From Paragordius varius (lineage: Eukaryota; Animalia; Nematomorpha), in the NCBI GenBank assembly GCA_964247055.1, contig OZ176053.1:5208001-5272000 (forward strand): a stretch of DNA of 64,000 bases. Direction: 5' to 3'. The position numbers and the translations under genes were made by a program. This document shows positions 39,201 through 51,603 of this stretch, piece after piece. The notes beneath the pieces are model-generated. The model was not told the DNA's origin. It did not search any database and worked only from the letters and a program-made list of their open reading frames with translations. How positions within the stretch are numbered: the first letter of the stretch is position 1; every line of letters starts with the position of its first letter.

Positions 39201-42054
39201 TTTTTTATTTTAGCAAATACCCATAAAAAATAAAAGTATCATGAGAAACTTATATAGGATAATATTTCTGACCCAATATTTTGTAGACTATGGCTACGGT
39301 CTTAACATCATGTAATAAAGTTTAACGCGGGTTGGGTCAAAAAAATAAATTTGGCAAGTTAAGTTGTACTGAATCGGACAGACGATATTAAGAATTAGAT
39401 GACGGGAGTACAAAGTTGAAAATATATTTGTGGGGCGAATGTTAAGATAAAAGAAAGAATGACAAAAATAGACCAAGTTTTTTAAATCGAGGATGAATGG
39501 ACAATTATGAGAACACTGGCAGGATTCATGCTTTAAGTCGAGGACGCCATAAAATAGTTGGCAACATATTTATAATGTGACTGTAAAAGAGGAATCATTT
39601 CAGACAAAATTTGATAGTATGATATAAATTTTTAAACAGAGTGAATGATGGCCCTCAGAATTTTAAAGTAGGGGTATGTTCTTTTGTAAAATCAAAATGA
39701 TTTATAGCAATTGGCTCTGACATTATAAAAACCCATGAAATTCAAATCATACATTAATAAATTTTATTTAATTTCCTAAAACTTTTTGATCAGGGCCAAA
39801 GTCCTTTTTCATTAGATTATAATTAAGGCAAAAATGTTTTTTATTGAGGTTAAATGTAAGTTCAAATTACTCCAAATATAAATTATTGTTTGTTAAGGGA
39901 CACAGGTTATATTTATATATTCAAATTAATTGTTGAACTTATAAGTTAAGAATCAATTTTGATACCTGTTATATGATGGAAGCGACTCAAATTTTTTGCC
40001 AACACCCGCAAACTGTGAAACCATTCGGAATCATTTCCCCAATACTTGTATTGCACTGAAAGATCTTTGACTAAAATTTGTTTACCTCCGGGCAGGTAAT
40101 GAGCAAAAGGACAATACAGAACATAATCTTTGTATTGATTAACATCGTAACAATTACCAGCACCAAAAATATTTTCATCTGATTCCACCAACGATCTTAC
40201 CAATGAAAATAACAGGTATTCATTATCAAGTACTTCTTTTGGTGCATATTTCCATAAACGGGTAAGTAGGTTGGCTCTATTCACGGCTTGCAGAGCCTGC
40301 GTATAATACCGTTTAAGTCCATATTGATCGATTACCCCTTCTCCCAAATTTTCAGTGGTACCCGCAGCACAGTTTTCCACATCCTGTTCATATTCTTCAA
40401 CGATTTTTAGAAATCTGGTTACTATATCTAATTGTTCCAAACCTCCCCCTCCCGCTCCAGTTGAATTAATTTTCATTGTACCATTTACTTTAGAGCCAGG
40501 TAATTTTACTAAGTCTGTCGAGTTATTTGAGCCATTAACATAATTTTGCAAGGGATCTGTTAGGTATGTATCTTTCATGATTCCCGGTGGTGTTGTTGTT
40601 TTTGTACTTAGGCTTGTCAAATTAGATTGATGACTCTTTTGTTTGTTATCGGACAATATTTTGTTGATAGTGTTCGAGATATTGTTTTTATGCCGTGCAA
40701 TTTGTGACGTGGTTGCCGTAATTATCGGTGTAGTATTAACATTTATTCCAGTTATACTTGTTACATTATCCATCGTCGATACTATTTTTGCCGGAGCTTT
40801 CGATGTCAAAGTTTCACGCCTAATAAGGATAGGCTTTACATCCATTTCTGGCATTCTTTTGGCCCGGCTAATTTTTCTATTTGTTTTCTTTCGCTCAAAA
40901 ATGATTCTTCGGTATGCATTGAGTTTTAGTACTCGATATATGATATTTAAATGATTAATGTGACGCGTCAAAACGGTTTTCTCATCTTGGTCAAGGTCGA
41001 GAGGTATATGTTTGATGGATGCATCAAAATTGTCATCAAGACTCTTTCGTGTTATTATTGTGGATGAATAGGCAACATTGTTTAGAGGGACAAATATAGA
41101 ATGTTGTTCGATATAACTTTTGGTTAAATTATATTGTAAAGCTTTAAGAGAATATAAATCATCCAAATTTTGAAAAAATCTTGTGTCTCTTAATGATTCA
41201 TTGGTAAATATGCTAGTAGGGGTATCAATAATTTTATTTATGTGCCTATCCTTATTCATTAGCAAATTTTTATAAATTTCAGATGTATTCATATTGGTTG
41301 AATTTAATTCCATAGATGACATATTTTTGTTTAAATTCCAAGCATAGGATGACCTTATGTGTAAAAATAGGAGGAGATATGTGATTTGTTGGATAGTGGT
41401 AGAAGTACCGATCGCTAAATATTTTGATTTACGTATTGTAAATGATAAAATTGCAAAGAAAACATTGTAAAAGTTAAGAAATAAATTCAGAGATTTGGCA
41501 ATATAGTGCTGATTATTACAACTACTTACAACTTTCCAACAACATCTTTGGGCATCTTTTTGCACAGATGTCCTATCTTTCAATATAGGCACAGATTTAA
41601 TATGATGAAAAATATGGAGGGAATCATAATATGGGATAACTATGGGAATATTCGAAATTTTATTTAGATAAAAATATATAATATTTAATTTTTTCCTCTT
41701 CACATGTTTATTTAGGAGTGATTTTAGTAAACTAACAGTATTGGTGTGACAATCACCATGCTCAATTCCAATGAATAGGAGGATGACAAAAGAAGAAAAG
41801 ATTTTTTTAAAAATCGACTGGTCAAAAACAAACGATTGATACCACCAATTGAATGTAAAAAATAATAAGTATAAGATGATGAGTCTAATTTCTTTGAAAG
41901 ACAAAACAGGCAATTTAATTCGTTTACAATTTTGGAATTTAGTATTATTATTGTTTGTTAATGAAGATTGAAGAGCAAGGCTATTACTGTCAATGGATAA
42001 AGGACGATTCTGTTGATGGAATTGTATGCCTTGTTGTCTAAAATTGATATCCAT
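22567..42054 (-). CDS. GPR158/GPR179-like class C orphan G-protein-coupled receptor (Cache domain, EGF-like Cys-rich region, 7TM, cytoplasmic coiled coil), similar to insect CG31760-type receptors
   Basis: 15 exons with GT-AG and consistent phases, totalling 4536 nt (1511 aa + stop): 42054-39966, 31902-31719, 29203-29080, 28523-28380, 28016-27825, 27396-27328, 27263-27154, 26680-26466, 25354-25216, 24906-24801, 24504-24322, 24007-23709, 23647-23481, 23238-23032, 22874-22567. Motifs: AVNRANLLTRLW, WSKPYFDCGGGNIWMMTY, GIDIDLRKVDIDQCP, GLGFRRGSYKCVCKKGFYFP, WFREIGFSIAYGALLLKTWRI, RKAPSEFNESKYISMAIYNE, AELKRMYEQLE. The first ATG in the exon-1 ORF is at 42054 (the ORF track starts at a TTG); the true start is uncertain. 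Confidence 0.93.
28633..28903. mobile_element. Degenerate hAT-like MITE in GPCR intron 3
   Basis: Right end ...GGCCCGCG...GTTGACACCCCTG followed by GTGTAAAT; left end eroded (TATGTTGTCCAACATGCCGC). Confidence 0.5.
29670..29778 (-). mobile_element. Possible degenerate tRNA-derived SINE
   Basis: Minus strand: GGCGAGTAGGTATAATAGGCAGGGCACC (A-box-like), GGTTCAAACTCC (B-box-like, 29736-29725), then GCCCTGGGCAGGCAGTT, resembling the SINE CORE motif. Single copy in the window. Confidence 0.35.
30250..31508. mobile_element. 1.26-kb foldback (almost wholly palindromic) Tc1/mariner-like element with TA target site, GPCR intron 2
   Basis: TA|CACTGTGTGCAAAAAA ... TTTTTTGCACACAGTG|TA. Arms ~30250-30865 and ~30905-31508 are reverse complements over ~600 bp; inserted in a (TA)n tract. 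Confidence 0.85.
33520..34662 (+). mobile_element. Non-autonomous Helitron (family B, copy 2), in intron 1 of the GPCR gene
   Basis: A|TCTATATATTTATAAAAATGGAAAATGCTG ... hairpin GCTGC-GTA-GCAGC (34634-34646), then 12 nt, then CTAG|T. Interior is ~2.1 tandem copies of the ~500-bp 5' module. Confidence 0.88.
36305..36868 (-). mobile_element. Family A MITE copy 7 (GPCR intron 1)
   Basis: TTAA-CACTTAGATTCAAATTGGGGTATCTAAATACCCCAG ... CTTGTATTCGAGTG-TTAA; TTAA on both sides. Confidence 0.9.
37576..37975 (+). mobile_element. Second TTAA-ended repeat family (family C), probably a piggyBac-derived MITE
   Basis: End TGTGGGGT-cgaaacact-ACCCCACA...ATGTCATCGCG...ATGAAGTG-TTAA. Related stretches at ~17570-17800, ~17890-18100, ~59140-59590 and (reverse) ~58815-58890. 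Left boundary uncertain. Confidence 0.55.
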
Positions 42055-43802
42055 CGTACAACAAAAAATTTCCAAATATTTTTTATAGCACTTTTAATTT
42101 AACTTGGATTCCAAAGATAAATGATATTCCAATTTCTGTTTAAGTTTGAAGCGTAAATAGAGTTAGTTATTCACTAAGAATATCCATAAACCATTTGTCT
42201 ACTCTGTAATAATGGCAAAAGTGATGAACAATTCAACAACATTTGATGATTAATGAATACCTAATTAGATATTAATCCGTAGTATCCCAAAAAAAATTTT
42301 ATCAACAAAATTCATTTTAACGATCAAAACAGAAAACTGTATGGCAATGGAGAGAGAAAAAGTAAGGCACTAAAAATCAATCATTCTGAGTATGATAACG
42401 AAAAAATATTTTTATTCGTCTTTAAACCATATATTCCAAATCCCGAATGATAAATTATATCAATCAATGCGTTCGTTAACGGTTTTGAGCGGGAAAATGT
42501 CGAAGTTTTATCTCTAATCATACAGTTTATGGACAAATTCAAAATATTATCCATAGTTGCAAACATATTTAGAAGAGCTATATTGCAGCAATGGCTCTAC
42601 TGTATGGTATTTCATCATATGAAAGGTAAATACTAATTTTAACGTAATGTGATAAATCAATTTTTTTCTGTTTTTGTTTTTTTATTAATTATCATGGATG
42701 GGTATTAATATGTGTGATGTAACTATAAATCAATTCTGTAAAAAATATCAAATTAATCATGTTATTATATAAAAAAATAGAAAAATTATTAGAAACGTAT
42801 TTTGTGGACGACCAAACAAATAGTCAGTCGTATAAGAAGAGATCACACAAAATGTTTCGACAAAAAATGTGATGATTACAATTTGATATGATTGATGCAA
42901 CCGTAGAGAGTGATGATAGAAACAAATTTTATTTTTTATTTTTTTTTAAATTATTTTTTTTCTCTCCTCAAATTTAAATTATATTGTGGTGTTAATATGT
43001 GTGTTTTGCCTGTGATAGGATGAAATTTTTTAGTAAAAGATATTAGCAGTATATCATAATAGTGTTAGTTAGTTAGTTAGACATTGGAAATATTGGGAAT
43101 GTTAAAAGATAGATAGATATTTCATCTTTTTTTCTTTTATTCATTATAAAGGCATGCGTAGAAACTTGGTAATTTGAGAAGTATTAACAGCTAAATTGAC
43201 TAACTCTGTAATGCAAAATTATCTATTAAAAAAATTATTTCGCTTTATACTATTTTTAATGTGTGATATGCACGGTTTTTTTCAATTATTCAATTTTTTG
43301 ATTTATTGGAATTTAAAATTTGTTGTATATTTTAAAATTTAGTTATTCGTAGCGAGCAATCCATACATATTAAAACAACTAAAATTTAACGCATAAAGTA
43401 CTTCTTAACACAAGGTTTTTAAAATTTACAGTATATTTTAGCATAAGTATTCCAGCAACAAGCTTTTAATGATTATGGTGAGAAATGGTAGCAGTTATAA
43501 TAAATCTTCTTTTCAATAAAAATATATCTGCTCCACACACATATTAGACTACAATTACTTATTCTCAAAGAAATTTGTTGTATAGGAATATATTTTTTAA
43601 GAGTAATGTATACAATTAATTATATATTTTTATCTATCAATACAATGCATGATTTTTTTGGTGGAATGCAAAATCTTGCTGGTTGTACCAATGATTAATA
43701 TATATATACTTGTAATATATATTTATCAAAAAATAGCTTACTATTTTATTAATTTATAATTTCCTTTCCAACCACGCGTTTAATTTTCGCAAAAGCTAAT
43801 GC

Positions 43803-43807
<5 letters not shown>

Positions 43808-43851
<44 letters not shown>
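43808..43851. repeat. (TA)n microsatellite
   Basis: Directly visible. Confidence 0.95.
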
Positions 43852-43852
<1 letters not shown>

Positions 43853-44270
43853 GCTTCAAATACTTTTAGGTTAAAATGCGGAATAATTAGGCATTTTATA
43901 TGGTAACAAATACTTATTAACTTGGGACAACTTATAATAAATATTTTATATGCGTTATGTTATATATAGTGTAATATATTTTACTCTAGGTCTCTACAAT
44001 TCGCATAGAGATAGTTTTAATTGTTTGTATCCTTTTTGTTATATTGATCGCTATTTCTCTATATATCTTGAGAGAAGTATAAAGACAAAAAAGGAGGGAC
44101 TATAAATTTTTATTTGGGAATGAATAAATGAGCAGCATTATCAATCCAACTGACACCATAAAAACTCTTAAATTTAACAGCTAATTTATTCAGATTACAA
44201 TTAGACTACTATAATGGAGCTATCAATAATAAAAAAATATGGTATACATCCATATTCAATTGCTCTATAG

Positions 44271-45191
44271 CAGAGACCAAACGGTCGACCGCGGTCGACT
44301 TTGTGACCGCCTGAAAATTTTCAAAAAATTTAAAAAATATTTTGGCATCGAATTTTTTTCAGCAAAATTATAATTTATTTTTCTTACTTTATTTATATTT
44401 GTGTTGAAAAAATTAACTTGTCATTAAATTTATATTCTAAACCAATCAATTATTTTATTAATATATTCATTTAATCATGTGTATTTTATTCAACTTTAAA
44501 TCATTTGTGATTTCCTTACAAATAAATTTAGCTAAAAAATAGAAGCAGGTATTCTTTAAACTTATGTTATAGTATAATTAAAAATACAGCGCAGAAAAAT
44601 GCTAAATTAAATCGTCATAGAAATCAATGGGAAGAAGATTTTTACATAAAATGATAAATGTTGTTATATAACTCCACCGTGGCTTTGCCTAAAAAAACAA
44701 ATTTGCAAAGACATTTTACTACCTTTACATGAACAATCAAAATTACAATTCAGAAATTCGCAAATCAAAAATCAAGCTTTAATAAAGCAACTAATGCTTA
44801 GAAACACTAATTGTTAAATACATCAAAAATAAATAAATTAAAAATATAGAAATCCTAATAAAAAAAACATCAATTTTCAGGACGAAGAAATTAGGAAGGT
44901 TATTAAAGTTTATGAAGCGCTGTTTAAGAATAATAAACACAAAAAAAATAGTTGAATAATAATTTTATCCCTATCTAGAAACACAATTATACGTGGAGAA
45001 AAATAATTATTTTTCTTAATATTTATCTTAAAATGACATGTGCTAGTCATCCCAATCCGTAAATACAAATATATATATACATATATATTTGCATCATTTG
45101 TGTTGAAGTGATAAGTAAATCTTTTAATACTTAATATTTATGCGTGCTCGCGTTAAATTTCCTCCCGCGGGAAAAAGACTGGTCACCCCTG
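44271..45191 (+). mobile_element. Non-autonomous hAT (Buster-type) element retaining a decayed transposase N-terminus
   Basis: Ends CAGAGACCAAAC / GACTGGTCACCCCTG; 8-bp TSD CTCTATAG / CCCTATAG (7/8, NNNTANNN). Interior encodes broken NQWEEDF and VALPKKTNLQRHF-like motifs. Confidence 0.8.
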
Positions 45192-47355
45192 CCCTATAGA
45201 TTTATATATTGGTTATTGTATTTCACCTCGACCAAAAGGTTTTTCACAAAGAAAGTTTTAGAAATATTTTCTCGATTTCAAACCTTCACTAATAAATTCT
45301 ATTTAAAATTAATTTAGTTTAGGTAGCTGAGATTTACACAGAAAGTAATTGAATTTATTTTAAAAACCATCTCGTTATGTAATACCTAATAAAAAAATTA
45401 CTTAATGACTAGACATAATCGCATATAAGATCAAAACTACATTTAGTTATAAAACAACTCCTATATAAACAATGTTGACCCCATAGAATCAAGGAGCACC
45501 GCACAAAATATTTTGATTTTTTAAAATTTAATCTTTAACAATGTAAAGTACAAATTTTATTGCAAGATAAAATGCAGGGATGTGATAAAATAGCGCAAAT
45601 CAGTTGCAAACCCTAATTCCCATTTAGACTGTTTATCATTTCAAATAGGAATGTAATGATTAAATGTAATAAATGGAATATGTTGTTTAGTTTTGACGAA
45701 ATCCTGTTCGTTTTTCACCTTTATGCAGTAAGGCTTTTCCTAATTTTTTTGACTGTGGGAGTATTTCAGGATACATATTTTGTGTTGAATTAGATAAAAG
45801 TTATAAATAATTATCTCATCTAATAGGGGTTATCTATATAACTCGATCATAAACTGCCAGGTTTAAATTGGATTTTATTTATAGTCTAATTATTGCATTA
45901 TTTAGCTATGATTTTTTTACCGACATATATGTAGTAAGGCTAAATAAAACCTAAGTTAAAAATCAGCATATTTATTACAACAAATCGAACGGTTTATGTG
46001 TAATCGTTTATGAACTTAAAACCACCAAAACGGTCACCTAACTTGTTAGAAGCGGAAATGCGGATCCCAACAGCATTTTTTCTAAAAAATATTAGTTATA
46101 ACCGTTTTCTTTTGTGTCAATAGATCAAATACTGTTAAAAAAGGTATTTGTTTATATAAATATAATTTATCATTAAATTTATATTTATATAAAATGCATT
46201 TAATTATTTTAATGGCTTTGAATAAAGAATTAGTAGGTTATATTTAAGATGTATGGATATACTAATTTTTTAATATTCATTATCGGAAACGGTTTTGCAC
46301 CAAAGGCTGACAAATCTCTATATATACCTAACGAATTGACCATTTCAAATCTTATTATAATTAATACCCATTTTTGTATTATCATTATTTAAATATTTTA
46401 GTGGATTCTATAACTGGTATAATATGGGTCAGTGAATGATAAATAAGGTAAAATTATTATCGAAACTTATTTAACTATTATTCACATGTTTTATTTATTA
46501 CTTTAAACAGCTAGTCAAAAGTTGCTACCGGAACGCTTTTGATTTATAAAATATTTATTTTTTAAAAGAATATCTTTTTCCATATAAGTCCCAGTAAAAC
46601 AAACGCTTAAATATTACAATATCAAAGTCCACGTTTATGGCTGCTAAAATTTATGACTTTTTTATGGCTTTTTCAAAGCAGTTAACTTGTATTGGAAAGG
46701 ACGCGCTCGCTGTATTTAAAATTCAGCTTTTTATACAATGATATAGGCATATGACCGTTTCCTTGCGTGAATTTTGTTATATATTTATATATAAATATAA
46801 AAAATATCCAACCTATTTTTTGAATTACTTTTACAACAAATGAATAAGAAATATGAGATATAAAAAATATTATTATTATTATATATTAAAAAGTAATTTA
46901 ATCAAATTAAAAGCTTTTTATATCTTTTTTTTTCACAAAATAAATTATTTACCGTCTTGTAATTATCATGATTATACAACTCTTTACAAAGAGGTAAGGC
47001 ACAAAAATCTGTAAATTATTAGGTATTGTCTTAATTTTCAGTTTCTTTATTACATATTTTAAGGTTATTAAAATTAAAATTTGAGACTTGTACCAAAGTA
47101 TGCTGAAACGAAAATATTCATTGTTTTTATTTAACTGAATAATGCTTCTAATTAAAGTGAGCCTCTTTGTCATAAACTATGTCTAAACATCAACTTAAAC
47201 TAATTAAAAAAAAATTTAGTATTAAAAAACTGATAAAATTTTTTCTATGTCAGTAAATATCAAAATCTATATAATTAAGGTACAATGTTATTTTGATATC
47301 GCGAAGACGTTCCTCTGTTTTGTGGTGGTGCAACGTAACTATTTAAATTGGTTAT

Positions 47356-47357
<2 letters not shown>

Positions 47358-47394
<37 letters not shown>
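47358..47394. repeat. (TA)n microsatellite
   Basis: Directly visible. Confidence 0.95.
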
Positions 47395-47396
<2 letters not shown>

Positions 47397-47398
<2 letters not shown>

Positions 47399-48311
47399 CT
47401 GTGCCTTAGGGTCAAAAATTTAGATTTTCTAATTTTAATATTTTAGGATAATGAAAATTACCCTCTTTCCGAATCCGAAAAAATAGGGGTTACATTTCTA
47501 TAAGTAAAATATTTTAGAAGATTTTTATCCGTTATTTGTTTTTGTTATAAAATTTTTACTTTTGAATCAAATGGGCTTAAACTTAGAATATCAATAATAA
47601 TAAACTTCCTTATTTATAGAGTAAAGCGTCTAATATGCAAAAATCATGTTTTTAAAATAAAATCAAAATTATTTAATATTTCGTAAATATTTGAATGGGA
47701 AATGTATCGGTTATGCGCAAACATAGAACTCTTAGTTGCCACACGCTCTTCAACTTTGTCTATTAATAACATGTGATCAACCGGTTCGGTACATGAAATG
47801 AAAAAATAAAATTTGAGCATTTTATGATTTATAGAAAAATATAAAAATATTTGAATTGTAAGCTTTATGATTTTTGTATAAAATTTTAGTTTTTTTATTT
47901 TAAAAATATTTATATTTCTCCATTTCTTACGGTATAATCACAGGATTTATTAAAAAGGTTAAGTAACTAGTGTGCAAAAAATTAAAGTTTTTAGACACAT
48001 CTAATGCTTTACTTTTAACATTTAAAACGCCCATTTAATTCCAAATTTTTTTTTAATTCATAAATCTGATTTTTGCAAATGCAAGCTTAGTATTTCCCCT
48101 TATATATAATTCCCAAAGTTTGAACATTTAACATAATTAAAATTTGCGTACAAAAATATCTCATAAACAGCTAAATGTCTAAAATAAGTTTGAATTTCTC
48201 ATATTTAAATTGACCCCAAATTTTTTTGGATTCGGAAAGCTGATGAATTACTATACAAAATATAAATAAAATTAAAAAAACTACATTTTTGACCCTAAAT
48301 TTGGCACACTA
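47397..48311. mobile_element. ~0.9-kb MITE with ~120-bp imperfect TIRs inserted in (TA)n
   Basis: ACTGTGCCTTAGGGTCAAAAAT...TTTCCGAATCCGAAAAAA versus TTTTTTGGATTCGGAAAG...ATTTTTGACCCTAAATTTGGCACACT; superfamily unresolved. Confidence 0.65.
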
Positions 48312-49707
48312 ATTTCATATATATTTATATATATATGGAAACTTTGATCATATCTATCAACAAATTTAGAGAAAAATGGGGCTATCAACGCATTTATTTT
48401 AAAATGATTAAGAAGAAAAAAGATTATAACATAATTAATTTTGTGGAGATAGTAAATGATGAGGAATTACAAATAATTCAATTGTTAACTTGTCAGGATC
48501 AGGTGCATAAAATTGGGATTTATATGAAACTATAGGTAATACCGTATCATTGTGACTTTGGGGTGCTATCAGAAATTTTTTTTCTTTAAGAAATTATTTT
48601 AGATTTAAAAAAATTAGTGTTTTATAAACCAAAAAACACAACTGTTAAATTTACCCTTACGATTATACGTTTTTTTTAAAAAATAAAATTTACCAATTAA
48701 AATTTTTTAATAGATATTTTCGCTCGATAAAACATAATTTGCTTGATGTGATTGACTAATAAATTTAACTCCATTTTAATTTATATTTATTTCAATATAT
48801 ATATATATATATATATATAATTTTTTTAAAAAGATTTGTTTAAATATATATAAACAGATCATAATATGTAACCCTAAAATGAGAATCTACCAATTTAATT
48901 CTCCTTTTTGTTTGTGTAAAATATTATTTTAAGTAAAGTAAAATAATTTTACGGTTTAATAAAATTTTTGGCTGAGAAAGTTACAGATTTGATGTTTGAC
49001 CTCGGTTCTTTTTCCATAATTTGTAACGGTGATTTAAAATAAAAAATAATGTCTTTACTAATCCTACAAAAGGAAGTTTCCTGGTTCTATGCGCTTATAG
49101 AAAAAAAATAATCAAACTTACTTATCTTTAGATTAACGGAGATCTATTTTATGCAAAATTTTGTTTATTGTTTCTATTTTTTTATCTGTAAAGATATTGA
49201 TGCCGATAAGCTTATACGAAAATAAACGAACGATAAAACAAAAAAAACTATAAAAAAATAATATTCCATTTTATTTGTCCATAAAACGCGGCTCTATCAA
49301 TACAGCTTAAAATAAAAATTTACCAGTAAATTGTGATCAAAATTACAATGTAAAAAATTCTATTTGGATTTGCCTTCTGTAATATACATAAAAAAAATAA
49401 ATCTATTCCCTTATCTATTAATTTTTAGCAACAATATTTGTGGATGGAGGCAGTATGTTTAATTAAATTTAATATGAATTTGGTATATTTGATGCATTTT
49501 ATTGATTATGGCGCAATTGTTATAATTTAGATAAATTCATTAACTAATATATGCAATATTATAATTTTATTTATAAAGTTATAAATTTTGTCTTTTTTTT
49601 ATTTTTATAGTTTTTTTATTAGTTTTGGATAAGTTATTAAAGAATTTTTGGCATTGATTCTACATGGACTTACAATATAATTAAATAATATGGATATTAA
49701 ATATTTT

Positions 49708-49710
<3 letters not shown>

Positions 49711-49744
<34 letters not shown>
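49711..49744. repeat. (TA)n microsatellite
   Basis: Directly visible. Confidence 0.95.
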
Positions 49745-49751
<7 letters not shown>

Positions 49752-51306
49752 TATTGATTATTTCATTTATAAAGAGCGGATAGCTGCTTTATTTTGTAGT
49801 TATAAAGCATATGAACAAAGTAGGATTTCTATCAAATTATTATTTCTTTGTTTTAATATAAAATTTTATGATATGCAAATTTTTATGTGATCGATATTGC
49901 AAAAAAGGAAAAACTTAAATGGTGTATTCAAATAAATTTAAAAACTTATTTTTTTGTCATTTAGCATTTTGTTTAACTTTTTTTGTGAAACTTAACTTTG
50001 AGATTGCATGAGTATTCTTTGAAGTTACCAAGCCAATATTTAAATTTCTTAAAACACTTTGAATCTTTTTATGGAAGACATGTATAGTCTTAACGATGAA
50101 TGATATATTATTTTCTGCAATATTTTCCATAAAATATCTAAGGTCATAACGGTTTCAATATATAATATAGAAGAATAAATCAAGTTTTAGTTATTTATGA
50201 TTTCCAAGCATATATGATTCCATTTTTTGACAACACGCATGGAATGTAATGATAAAATATTATTATTATAAACTTAATATAAATTAGTATTGAATTGTTA
50301 GATGATAAAAATAAAATAAAAAAAAATTATATATCATACATATTCCGAAATAGGTTTATATGATTTAAACTCTGAATTACTAAACTTATATATGAATAAT
50401 TTCATTATATCCAAGATCGCTCCAATAAACAACAATAGTTGTTGAACATAAAAATTTAATCCATTCACAAATCATTTAACCGTAAAATTGATCCCATTCT
50501 GGTTAGTATAAAGATGCGTGCATTATACCACATTGATAAATATTTATAATGATATGTTGACCTTATTTTATTTCAATATATGGGTTTTTATCTATACACA
50601 TATACTTTTTGTAAACTGTACTATTTATGTTTGTTTCAAGTTGATAATTTGTAATTCTAGTCACTAATTTCAAAATTTAACAGGAGCTTTTTGGATAAAA
50701 TTTACAAAGTTAAGTGTTTACAAGTCCATTTACTGCGTTTATAAAACATAATCAAAAAATATTTGCATGTGAGCCGATTTGGATTCGGGAATGTATTTGA
50801 ACATAAATAAATTTTAACAATAATATAATTTAAATACCTTATTATTTTAAAATGTTTTTATATGAATGCTACCCCATTCGACCCTTTACTTTGTTGCTCA
50901 ATGTTATAATTCTAAACATTAGCATCTTATAGAAAAACAGCTGTTTGTGCCGCTTTGATTATTAAATCATTGTCCCCTATATATATATATATAATAATAC
51001 ATCTCTTTTTATCATTTAATTTAATGTAATAGTGTATATTATATTTAATGGACAAAAAAATTCAAATGGATAATCTCCGTCACAAAGCGTTGTCAGGTCA
51101 TCAACAAACTCGATATAAATATTCGGTTGATTACTTGCACTTTGTTTTATCGAAAATCCCTCTACGAAATTTTCATAAATATATGTCAAAGATCGCAGTT
51201 ATTTTATTTAACACGATAATATAAAAAACATTTTATCATTTTGCTCCTTATTCTGATAAAAGTGGGCGGTGAGTTTTCTAAAAATTAAACTGGTTAGACG
51301 ATAAGT

Positions 51307-51519
51307 CAGTGAATACTCAAACCGGGGCCCATGCGGCCCTAAAAGTGCTTTTTTATGGCCCTGAAATATTTATTAAATTTCTGATGTATTTATTTTAAGT
51401 ATAAATTTCTGCAGATGTGACAAATAGCTATGAAGTTTTTATCGGTATTGTATATGATGCATGGCCCTTGAGACAAGATAAATACTGGCCCTTTTAACAT
51501 ATTTAGGTGAGTACCACTG
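51307..51519 (+). mobile_element. 213-bp MITE of the same Buster family
   Basis: CAGTGAATACTCAAACC ... GGTGAGTACCACTG; 8-bp flanks CGATAAGT / TGATAAAT (6/8 match, central TA). Confidence 0.85.
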
Positions 51520-51603
51520 TGATAAATGATAAATTAGGCTTGAATATTTTGAATAAAGAACACTAATATAAGTATTTGTAAGTTTATTTGTGTATTATAT
51601 TAA

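Noticed and set aside
4835-42054. Alternative genetic code or stop readthrough
   Set aside because: Both multi-exon genes assemble without in-frame stops under the standard code.
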